Shown here one piece after another: positions 1 to 9,986 of a stretch of 45,529 bases of DNA (the first letter of the stretch is position 1; each line of letters starts with the position of its first letter). The position numbers were made by a program, and so were the translations under genes. This DNA comes from Spirogloea muscicola (lineage: Eukaryota), in assembly GCA_009602725.1 (NCBI GenBank), contig WELB01000004.1, forward strand, positions 1,439,048 through 1,484,576, in the 5' to 3' direction. The notes beneath the pieces were generated by a model that was not told the origin of the DNA, made no database searches, and worked only from the letters and a program-made list of their open reading frames with translations.

Positions 1-553
1 AAAAGCTCCGACACTACTCAGACTACCCCCGCAGTGACCACCTCCTCCCGGCCGCAATCGACACTTTCGGCTGCTTGGGTCCTCGCTTCCATACCCTACT
101 CGAGAACATAGCGAGTCTGGGATATGCACGACGCGAGGATATGCTCCCAGCCCAGATGGGTATGCCGAAGGCCTATCTGTCATTTCTGCGACGTCGAGTG
201 TCAACCTGTCTGCAACGAGCTCAGGCGTATGCTCTGCATCAGAAAGCTGGTCGAGCCTTAGCTGCTGGCACAAGAGCTAGTCAATTGCCGTCCGGTATTC
301 GAGCGTCAGCTAGCGACCTCTATGTGCTGACTCGTGGTTACTGAGCGGGCAGCTTAGCAGCAGGTGACGTACATTTGTCCAATGTGCTTGCCTTTGTACT
401 TGGCCACACATGGCCTCCCCATCTCTTAATATACACGCATTTTCTTTCTCTATGGGCGAGCCTTCTTCTTTTTTCGCCCCTTCGAACCTTTCTCAATTCT
501 TTTTTGGGCTGGCTTTTTGCAGCCCTTGCCCCCATTGGGAGTGCCACTTCTTC
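1..553 (+). mobile_element. 3' end of CRE-like non-LTR retrotransposon (RLE endonuclease C-terminus plus 3' tail)
   Basis: Frame from base 3: KLRHYSDYPRSDHLLPAAIDTFGCLG...RRRVSTCLQRAQAYALHQKAGRALA...DLYVLTRGY* (344). This fits the K..Y / P.A.DTFG / LS..LQR pattern of RLE-type non-LTR ORF ends. Followed by GGGCTG..CAGCCC tail modules. Confidence 0.7.
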
Positions 554-872
554 TCCCAAGTGGACTGGTGGCTGTGAGAGGCCAGCCCAAGAGGATGGAC
601 AAGGTCTGGAGGGTGTGGCTTCTCCCAAAGGAAGAAAGGGCGCGCCCATAGAGGAGGGGCTGGCAAAGCCAGCCCAAAAAGAACGGACGAAAAAAAAGAA
701 GGCTCGCCCATAGAGAAAGAGGGGCTGGCAAAGCCAGCCCAAAAAGAATGGACAATGTCCAAAGCCAAAGAACGAGATGCCGAGGAAGGACTCCTCTACT
801 CTACCAATCACGACAACATACTAGGGAAGCTCAGTACCCGCGAGTGAGCAACGTCAGGTCCGAGTAGCTCGA
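554..872 (-). mobile_element. Heavily 5'-truncated CRE-like copy, tail-to-tail with the copy at 1-553
   Basis: Minus strand SSYSDLTLLTRGY* (stop 833-831), then a tail with two GGGCTGGCTTTGCCAGCCC hairpins and ATGGGCG(A/C)GCC modules. Confidence 0.7.
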
Positions 873-874
873 GA

Positions 875-1360
875 GGGGGCAAGGGCTGTGAACGGCCAGC
901 CCGGAAAGATTGACAACGTTTAGGGTTAGCTCTGGGCAAAGCTCAGCGCCGACAGTTGCCGGCTTTAGACACGAGAGGTCGTTTGCCCATTTGCATTACA
1001 CTGGAGCGCAACAAGAATGCGGCTGGAAAAGCCAGCGAGCTGCATACAGAGGGTGCTCATGACTACATTGGCGGAGCCACAGGCTAGGCAGACAAGGCGC
1101 TCTTAGTACCCCCGTGTCAGCGATAGGGCTTTCAAGCTGAGGATGAAGCTACCCGGGAGCCGCCGTGGCCGGACAATCCTTGCCCACCGAGCAGCGGTGC
1201 CACGGCAACGGGCGCGTGCCGTTGCATCAAGCTGGGCCTCGGCACCGGGGTGGTCGACAGCAATGTTTGCGCAAGGGAGGGCGGTGCGAAGCCGCGGCAG
1301 ATTGCCCACGGCATCGTGCACTGGGGAGCCTGGCGGAGAGGGCTCGTCGCGCGGGGAAAA
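875..1360 (-). mobile_element. Degenerate CRE-like remnant
   Basis: LKALSLTRGY* ending at 1103; tail motifs at 875-902 and 1019-1036; upstream part is diverged. Confidence 0.45.
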
Positions 1361-1569
1361 GGCGAGCTTTTTAGAGTTAAGGGGTTAGGATTTACGGTTT
1401 AAGTGGGGCTGCCGGGCTGCCCAGGAGCGCGGCGAGCCGGGAGCCCGGCGGCGGCTGGCTGTGCCGGCGCCCGGACGGCCGCAGCGGGGGCCTCCCGGCG
1501 CCTCGTGAAATGGGAGCGCGCTCGCGGATGTGCGCCAAGAGAGCGAGAGAGAAGTCAGCTCTACCAATG

Positions 1570-2290
1570 TACGGCGATGGCTGTGAGAAGCCAGCCAAGA
1601 TAATGTACAGATATGGGAGAGGAAGAGAGAAGTGCTCGCGCACAGAAGGGAGAGAAGGGCTTGCCCATTGAGAATATGGGCTGGGAAAGGCCAGCCCAAA
1701 ACGAATGGACAAGGTCCAAAGAGCCAAGAGGTGCCTAAAACCACACAGCTAGACACGAGACTACTGCAGATGGAAGCTTAGTAACCACGAGTGAGCAGCA
1801 GCAAGTCGGAGTAACTCGCAGCTGGGAAAGAGGCACTCCGCCTGGACCCAGATGCTGCAAGCCTTAGCGCGGCCTGCTCGCAAGTGGACTGCGTGAGCCA
1901 GGGAGCGCTGGAAAGAGACTGACAGCCGCATGCGGAAGACCTGGGCAAGCGAGCCGGCAGCGTTGAAGCTGGGCAGCTCCCCTTGCTGACCCGGCCGCCG
2001 ATCGATGGCCTGCCGGGCAAGCGCTGCAGGAGGTCCAGCCAGCGACTGCCGAAAGCCCCGTGGACGTCGATCGCAAGGGCCGCGAACTCAACACCAGCAG
2101 GGTGATTGGCATACTCGCGCTCCTTGCCACGGGCCGCCAGGCTGACCGCGTGCCCAGCTTCGAAGCCAAATTTGAAGGGGTTGGCAGAGTCGTCGGAGTC
2201 GGAGGTCACGACATCCGCAATGATGCGGGGACCTCCTCCAGGCGGGATGGCGACCAGGTCAGCGCGCCGCGTATGGAAGCTGACCGTCCG
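1570..2290 (-). mobile_element. CRE-like copy with recognisable RLE (PD-D/ExK-type) core
   Basis: RRADLVAIPPGGGPRIIADVVTSD...AARGKEREYANHPAGVEFAALAIDVHGAFGSRWLDLLQRL...SYSDLLLLTRGY* (1778). The two halves read in different frames (frameshift). Tail 1570-1777. Confidence 0.75.
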
Positions 2291-2761
2291 CTCCCAGCTG
2301 GATGGGCATGACGGATGTGTCTTCCACCGCCACTGTGTAGCCACCTACAGCCATGCAGGTCGTGGGAGCCGGTCCTCTCGCCACCGTGCGCACAGCGGAG
2401 CATGTGTGCAGCCAGCTCCGCAGCGTCGGCGTGACGGCTCCGCATTCGCACTGCACCACACAGACGAGGCAGGGAAGAGAAAAGGGGGGCGAGAGAGATC
2501 GGCCGGCTTCCGGGCTGCGGGCCGGCACTGCCCCGGCCATTTGCCTCCCGCGGCCCCCCATCGGCGGCGGCGGCGCCGTCCACTAATACGGCCGCCCCGG
2601 GCTGAGCTTCGAACTTGGTCAACTCGTTTCGGGCTGGCTTTTCACCCTATCCTCAATGGGCGAGCCCTTTCTTCTTTTCACAGCCCTTGCCCCCACGTCC
2701 TTCTCATTGGGAGAGAAGGCCGGCGGTGCGCTTGAAATGAAAGCGCCCATTGGGAGACCCA

Positions 2762-2790
2762 CTTCTTTCCCGCCCCGGGCGGGAAAGAAG
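2762..2790. repeat. Perfect 14-bp-arm palindrome with a 1-nt spacer
   Basis: cttctttcccgccc-c-gggcgggaaagaag. Confidence 0.9.
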
Positions 2791-2810
2791 GAGAGGCACT
2801 ATAGAGAGAC

Positions 2811-3307
2811 GGCGCGCGGTGCGCATGAAATTGAAATGGAGGCCAATTGTAGCCTTAACAAATGTCCTGTTAATGACCACTATAATGACCACCCCCGGGG
2901 CGACCACTTCTTCCCGTGCGCCATGGACATATACGGCGGCTACGGAACGAAGTGGTCTTCTCTCCTCCATCGCCTGGCACTGCATGTTGATGCCCGCCGA
3001 CGTAGTCGAGCGGGTAGCTTAGGACATTCTAGCGTCCCGCAAGCCATCGTAGCATGCTATAGGATGCAGCTATCATTAAGTCTGCAGCGCTCCCAGGCAC
3101 TCTCGAATCACCAGCGTGCTGGTCGTGCATTAGCCCAGGCTAGTGGCTTCCGTGGTGGTGGTTTGGCGCCTCAGTATAGCTTGTCAGATATGCATGTGCT
3201 CACTCGGGGATATTTAGTGTCCCCCTTAGCCAGCTCATTACCCGGTTGACAGGACCTTTATAAGGCTAGAATTGGCCTCCCTTTCAATTTCATGCGCACC
3301 ACGCGTC
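2811..3307. repeat. Pair of about 62-bp inverted repeats (2811-2873 and 3246-3307), TIR-like
   Basis: ggcgcgcggtgcgcatgaaattgaaatggaggccaattgtagccttaacaaatgtcctgttaa versus the reverse complement of the right arm, gacgcgtggtgcgcatgaaattgaaagggaggccaattctagccttataaaggtcctgtcaa. Confidence 0.85.
2874..3245 (+). mobile_element. CRE-like ORF 3' fragment enclosed by inverted repeats
   Basis: HYNDHPRGDHFFPCAMDIYGGYG...YRMQLSLSLQRSQALSNHQRAGRALAQASGF...SDMHVLTRGY. Confidence 0.7.
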
Positions 3308-3319
3308 TTCTCCTGCCCC

Positions 3320-3430
3320 GGGCGGAGCCTTTCCGGGCCTCTGCCTCGAGGGCAGGCCATGATGCGGCCAAACACGCTGACCAACCGGCTGGGGACGAGT
3401 TCGTACCCCTGGCCGTGGATCGTGGAAACT
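3320..3430 (+). mobile_element. Short internal CRE-like fragment
   Basis: AAKHADQPAGDEFVPLAVD matches the EYANHPAGVEFAALAID segment of the copy at 1570-2290. Confidence 0.5.
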
Positions 3431-3967
3431 TGTGTACAGTACATGTCCTCCAAGAAGCCCGCAGCAACACGTAAAAGCCACGTAAGTATACCGCGCAAGC
3501 CGCAACATCTCACAGGCAGTTGACGTAGTTGCCAGCCAGATTCAGAAACCTAAAGCCCAGTTCACAATCAGTTGTCAGCATGTCCACCGGCCCCCTAGAG
3601 AGCCGGTGCTTGCGACTCGCGGCGGCCTTCCACAGCTTGCCCCAGTCGGCATTGAGCTCTTAGCAGCGCTCGGAGGCTGGGGTGGGGGCTGCAGCCCGAC
3701 GAGCGTCAGCGGCCATGTGGGTCTGTGCGTGCGGGCCAGCCTTGGCTGCGTGCATCTTTGCACGAGGCCTTGCGCCTCGAGTCCACCTCGCACCTCGTGC
3801 TTGACGGTCAGAGGCCCTGCACTTTGACGGCCGAGGCAAGGGGTCGCTAGTGACCGCAACGGCATCCGCCTGCCCGCCTGCCCGCCTGCGTGCCGCTAGG
3901 CGAGCGCCCGGGCAAGGAGATGGCATGCGGCAGTGCAACGCGGGGGCGGGGGGTTCCCCTTGACCCG

Positions 3968-4008
3968 TAAACCCCGTCACCGTAAACCCTAAACCTGCAC
4001 CCTAAACC
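3968..4008. repeat. Degenerate telomere-like (CCCTAAA)n tract including a telo-box AAACCCTA at 3984-3991
   Basis: taaaccccgtcaccgtaaaccctaaacctgcaccctaaacc. Confidence 0.6.
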
Positions 4009-4210
4009 AGGGCATCGAGTCTCGTGTCCGTCGCTGGCGTGCTGTGCGCGGCAAGGGTCCTGGCGTGGGCGCTGCGCGAGAAAGCTGCGGGGGCTCTGCC
4101 GGCCATAGGGAGCTCGGAGGGCGGCCTCGCGCTGCACCGGGCGCCGGCGCAGGGAGGCGGCTGCGGGCGAGCGGGCCGCCGCGGGCGCGGCTTTGCCAAG
4201 GAGCGCCGCG

Positions 4211-4494
4211 NNNNNNNNNNNNNNNNNNNNNNNNNNNNNNNNNNNNNNNNNNNNNNNNNNNNNNNNNNNNNNNNNNNNNNNNNNNNNNNNNNNNNNNNNN
4301 NNNNNNNNNNNNNNNNNNNNNNNNNNNNNNNNNNNNNNNNNNNNNNNNNNNNNNNNNNNNNNNNNNNNNNNNNNNNNNNNNNNNNNNNNNNNNNNNNNNN
4401 NNNNNNNNNNNNNNNNNNNNNNNNNNNNNNNNNNNNNNNNNNNNNNNNNNNNNNNNNNNNNNNNNNNNNNNNNNNNNNNNNNNNNNNNNNNNNN
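4211..4494. other. Assembly gap (N run) in GC-rich DNA upstream of RPC3
   Basis: Continuous Ns. Confidence 0.99.
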
Positions 4495-4568
4495 GGCGCT
4501 GCGGCCGACGGCGGCGGTGCGAACGGGGCCCGGCGGAGGCGGTCGCCGGAGCTCCGGCGCGAGGCACC

Positions 4569-7500
4569 ATGCCGAGCACGCGCCACGGCCTGAAGCTCGC
4601 CTGCGAGGCCGTGCAGGACACCTTCGGCGCCCTCGTCGAGGTTCGCAGCAGCCGCCGCCGCCGCCGCCTCCACTTCCGCCGTCGCCGTTGTGCTGCACAG
4701 CCGTGAGGAGCTGCTCAGGCTGCAGTTGCACGGCAGAGGCCTCGAGAGCGTGGCATGGCCGCAGCTGGCCGAATGCCTGACGGCGTTCCGTGCGGTCGAC
4801 GTCCGCCATTGCTCGCTCTCTAAGAGCAACCGTGCATAGCTACAAGCTCCTGCAAGGAGCTGCTGCTGCAGCTGACCGTCATTGCTGCGCAGAAGGTGTG
4901 CTCGACGCTCATCCACAAGGGGCAGCTGACCCTGGCGGAGATCTCTCGCGAGACTGGCCTTCCTCCTGCGGACCTTCGCAGCTACTTGCTGGTCCTCGTC
5001 CAGCATCACTGCGTGCAAGCCTACAGAGTGGAGGCGGACGGTTAGTCACGTCTCTCTGCGATGCTCTTGGTTTCAACTTGTCACTATATGAATAGCTACC
5101 AGTGGTCCTCTGCAGCTAGAGTAAGTCAGGTTCCTCAGCTTGTCTAATCTAGTCACTTCTGCACTCCTTGTGAAGAGCTAACTCATTGTTCTGATGCCTG
5201 CTCTGACGGCTACCTGCAATTTTATCTCGTGCAGCCAACTCGGCTGCAGCTAGAAAGCAGACCTACTACACTGCCCTCACAGACAACATCAGGCAGCGGT
5301 TGAGATACCCACGCTTCCTCCTCCACATACGCCACAAGCTTGGGGATGAGGTATGGCTGCAACATGTCAGTCTGCTAATTCCACCTTTCGATTAGATGGG
5401 GGACAAAGACGATTGTCTCCAGTCACCAGCTTAGACAGCTTGATGGTGTTGCAGGCAGAGGCGGTCGTGGAAGGCCTTCTGGAGCATGGTCGATTGTCCT
5501 TGCAGCAGATTGGCCAGCGAGCTGCCGCGCGAGGCAGTCAAGGTACTCTTCTGACATCTTGTAGTAGTTTAGGTGCCGTGTCTGATTCATCGCAGAGCTT
5601 GCTGGTACTTCTCTACTCTGCTCATCACTTGATCAGCTTGCCGTATTGACGAGCAGTCAGCAAATAGTATGTTCTGTGACACTCTGGTCGTCACCTACAG
5701 GTGAGAAGGAGGCCCGGAAGTCCGTGCAAGCAGCATTCGTAGCTCTTGTTTCAGAATGCTACCTTGAGCGATGCCCCAAGCCAGAGCCTGCATTGCCAAG
5801 CCTTGACAGCGTGGATGCGTACAGAAAAGGCCAGAGGGGACAAGTAAGTGTCCAGCAGAAAATATATGCAAGGGAGGAGAGTAATGATCAAGGTGTTCGT
5901 CTGATGCAACCTGTATGAAGGACTGAGAGTAGTCCTAGAAATCTGGCTGCACTGTTGAGGACTGGCTCACAGAGGGAGATGAGAATATTGAGCGAGCGAC
6001 TGTCAAGGGCAAGCCATCTCCAATCCTTTACTAAGCTGCCCTCCACTTATGTCCGTCTCACTGCGCTTGTATTGTGCTCTGCCCTGGCGTGAACCAGCGG
6101 GGCAGAGCTATCATAGAAGCGGGCGTGGGCGCCACAGAAGAGTTGCGGATTTTCAACGCTGCCATGCCAGTAGGAACAGACAGATTCCGCCTGCCTTCCT
6201 CCCTTGCATTTGCTCAGGCTCACACCAACGAGGACGTTCTTGATCAGAGCAGCCACACACCTGCCATGAAGGTGAGAAGCTTGCAGCTGCTTTGCCTTCT
6301 TGTGGCTTCAGACTGTTGCAGATGAGCAATTGTCAAGTGCAAGCTGTTGTAGGCGCCATGCTGATAGCCAGCAGCCTGCACGGTGAACTCATCACTGAGC
6401 TTCATAGAGAAATGCAAGTGTTCTGTCACGGTCAGCGTAGGAGGGTCATCATGGATAACGACGCAGATCAAGCAGAGGAGCATGCGAATGTGCCAGCTGA
6501 TGAGCATAAAGACAAAGATCGTCTGGATGCTGAGGAAGCGGATGTCTTGTGGAAAGTGAATTTCGCCGAAATCCTCCGACGATTTCGGCACCAGGTTCGG
6601 CAGACAGTATTCTGCTTGAGCTGCCCCCTGGTTTGGCGTAGCTGCGCATCTGTTGGGAGCACGCAACCAGGTGCGGGTGTTGGTTTGAGAGGGTTACTGC
6701 TCATTCAGGAGCAACTCAGAACAATGTCGAAGTCCACGCAGGCCTGCGTGGAGCAAGTGCGCAAGCGTATCGACCCCTTGGCGGGGACATTGCTGGAAGC
6801 AATCTTGGAATCTGGACGCACTAGCGAAAGTTCCCTCCAGCAAGCGTACACAGGTCCACCAGCATGTTGCTTCTTTACCAAGCAAGATTGAGAGATGTAA
6901 TAGCTATAGTTCACCTTAAGCTTCAGCACATGCAGAACAGAGATTTTTATGTTGTCCTCCAAAGTCGCGCCCAAGTGGCACATGCTCTTTGCACAATCTG
7001 CACACAACTGCATCCACTTACATAGTCATCCAAGCCCAATAGGGCAAGAGGCTTCATACATGCTTTGATTCACCAGCAATGTCTCACTCTCAGCAACTTG
7101 CGTGCAGCTCCCATCACGGTTGAAGCAGCTCTGCAGGCAGCTCAAAGGATGCCAAAGGGAACATCTCTTACGCTCGATCGCGTCCGCACTGCATTGCAAC
7201 TCATGGCGTCAGATGCCGAAGGCCTGGCTTCTCGAGTTGGCGAAGGAAGCGGCGGTGGCCAATATGTAATACGTATCCAATCCACCCAGAAAATGCTGCT
7301 AGGATCATTAACATGGCGTCGGTAGAACTACTACCTTTGGGCAAGTTTGATCTGTTGCCTTCTTAGTAGGGGTCACAATGAAAAGTGTCGCCATCTTTGT
7401 GGGTATGTGGTTGAGCAGTTCTGGCCATATCCTCAGTACAACTAACACTGTATATGTAAGCATAGTGTAGGGGTTTATGATATCCTATATGATCAGCCAT

Positions 7501-9279
7501 AATTGTCATATACGCAGACATTTGGTTGGACAGAAGTTGCACACGTACGATATCTGTCACTGCCACATTGTGCCTGCTAGTTCCACAAAGCATATTTCTC
7601 TCACAGCCTGATTTAGGGGTGAGAGAATGTCGAACGCTCTATTGCTGGATGTAATGAATGAGGTTATACTCCCTGAGAGGAAAATGAGAGACAAAGCCTG
7701 GTGGCTCTCACCTTGACTCTATCCGCTCAGACCTTGGCAAAATCGTTGACTTGATTCGCAGGCAGGAGGTGGGAACACCATCAAGCTCTCTTGATGTGAC
7801 AAGTTTCAGTTGACTGCTAGAGAAGAGCATGCTGGCAAAGCATGTGCAGAAGAGAATATGAGTGCAACCCAAGCCTCTCTCAAACAGATGCCCGGTAGTC
7901 TCTGCCTTGGCTTTGGTGCTCAGTGGCTGCCCATTGCAAATGCATCATGTCATTATGCCTTGTTCTGGCAGATTCGAGCTGTGGTGTCTCAAAGGTACGG
8001 CCTTCACAGCTGCCGCATCCTTGGGCTTCTTCTTAGCAAGAAGCAGCTCGAGCACAAACAGGTACTCCTGACAATGTATGCAGATCCTTCTAGCTGGCAG
8101 TCAATCTCACCTGAGAAATTAAGCCCAATGCATCCTAATCGCATAATACAATGCACAATTCGGTGTCTGCTGACGTCCTTGTGCAGGGACCACTATGTCA
8201 GACCCTTTCTTAGAATCATTCTTTGACGGCAAGAATAGTGTACACAGATCTCAAGCATAATCATGATCAGCTGCTCACTCGTATGATGACCTTGATGTCG
8301 TACCCACTTTGCAGATTGCAGAGATGGCCATGATTCCCATAAAGAATGCCCGTGAGCTGCTTTACAAAATGTTGCAGGAGGAATTCGTCCAGCTCCAGGT
8401 ATATACAGAAATATAAACAGCATGATGTCAATTGCAGTCTGGCCTGCTTTATGCTTGACCTTCCAAGCTGGACTCTGGCTGCTGCCTCCTTCTCAGGCCA
8501 CATGCTACCTCAAAATCTGCTCCATCTGACATGCTGCTATCCATTTCGAAGCATAGCAACATGAGACAGAATTGGAGGGGGGACATGCAGGGGCTTGCTA
8601 ACGCCAGAAGATGCTGCTGGGCTGATTTACAGGAGATTGCGAAGACGTCAGACCATGCTCCATCCAGGACTTTCTACCTCTGGCACGTCAACATGGGGCG
8701 GGTCAGTGAAATAGTCCTGGACAGCATGTTCAAGGCGGCATCGAACCTTCGGCAGCGGCTGGCATGCGAGGTGGAGCAGGAGCAGGAGGTCAGGAGCTTT
8801 GCACATGGCAGCAGCCTTGGTGGTGCAAGTAGCTATATGCAGCTGACTTGCCGACATAGCCTTGCTTTCGTTGCTTCTCATTCATAGGCTCAGATGAGTG
8901 CATCAGGTTTGCTTGCATGAGCAGTGTCCTTGAGAGTCAGCAGATCCTTCCTTGAAAACCTCATCAGGTGTTCTCAGCCTGCAAGTTACTTCATGGCGAT
9001 GTTCTCATCCACCAGTTGCTTTGCCCGTATGATGGCAAAACGGGCAATCTCGAGTAAGTGGCAAATGTGACAAGCTGTTTACGCATTCCTGTGCAGGTCC
9101 TTGCGCTGCTAGAGCAGATGCAGAGGTCGGCATCCTCGGGCAGCATGCCGCCTGTGCAGCCGGTGACTCTGACACCCGTCCAGCGGCAGCAGCTGGAGAG
9201 GGTCCGCCAGGTGGCCGCTGTACTGGAGTCCTCCTTGCTCCGACTTGACGAGGCAATCATTGCTTTCAGCGACTTCTGA
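4569..9279 (+). CDS. RPC3: DNA-directed RNA polymerase III subunit RPC3 (C82/RPC62 family), multi-exon gene span
   Basis: Spliced GT-AG exons read MPSTRHGLKLACEAVQDTFGALVE / KVCSTLIHKGQLTLAEI..LRSYLLVLVQHHCVQAY / ..DNIRQRLRYPRFLLHIRHKLGDE / AEAVVEGLLEHGRL / ..LWKVNFAEILRRF / IRAVVSQRYGLHSCRILGLLLSKKQLEHKQ / IAEMAMIPIKNARELLYKMLQEEFVQLQ / EIAKTSDHAPSRTFYLWHV / ..LESSLLRLDEAIIAFSDF*. These are characteristic RPC3/POLR3C motifs. Confidence 0.93.
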
Positions 9280-9986
9280 CAGCCTTCATTTGCCAGCGTT
9301 CTTCCTTGCACTTTTAGCAACTTCTGGTGCCAACTCCTGCTCTTTCACTCAACTGCTGCCTGCCTAGCTGCCTAACATGCAGTGTCAGCAAGTATCTGTG
9401 ACTTATTGGAATAAGCAAGAGCGTTTGCTTCTGATCTTGTGTCCCTGTTCTGGCGCCCTTTTTCTCTGACTCTGACACACACTGCTTTGTAAGAGTAAAT
9501 ATGCATCATGTTGAAAAGCAAGGCACAGATATAGGCATACAAATGCCCTTCAGTCAAATTGTTGTGTCCTTGCAAGCAGGTGCATATCCTATAGCTGCAC
9601 GAAAGTGGCCCACAGTGGCATCACCTGATAGCAAGAAGAAGACAGACGCTTCCAGTAGAGGGCGATGGCTGTGAGTGGCCAGCCCAGAAAAGCAAGAGGA
9701 CATGGCAGAGGGAACCCTCTTTCTAAGTCAGTAGTCTCTTGCAGCAGCAGCATGATGCAGCTGAGAAGCCCATGACTAGCTTGCACATTGGCCAGGGAGG
9801 CACACCTGCTTTGCATGTCTAGAAGCAATGGATGCAAGTGGTCACTGCACTGTCTTTTATCAATGGCTGTCTACTCTTTTGTCCTTGCTTGAGAATGGAC
9901 TCATTCGAGGATGACAAGGATCCTTGTTTGATTAGATGTTGCAAGTCCCAGACTCAGCCTGGAGTGCAGGATGTCAGCGATCCAAT

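Noticed and set aside
554..800. Repeated palindromic units resembling a CRISPR array or REP elements
   Set aside because: Eukaryotic context, irregular spacing, no unique equal-length spacers and no cas genes; units track retroelement 3' ends.
338..811. Overlapping ORFs over the repeated tail modules
   Set aside because: They are translations of non-coding retroelement tail repeats on both strands, with no consistent frame between copies.
3575..4210. Possible minus-strand gene divergent from RPC3
   Set aside because: GC-rich and exon-like, but no recognisable protein or consistent splice chain, and the 5' part lies in the gap.
3847..5018. Long ORFs of 190-338 aa around the RPC3 start
   Set aside because: Length is an artefact of the N run plus GC-rich antisense frames.
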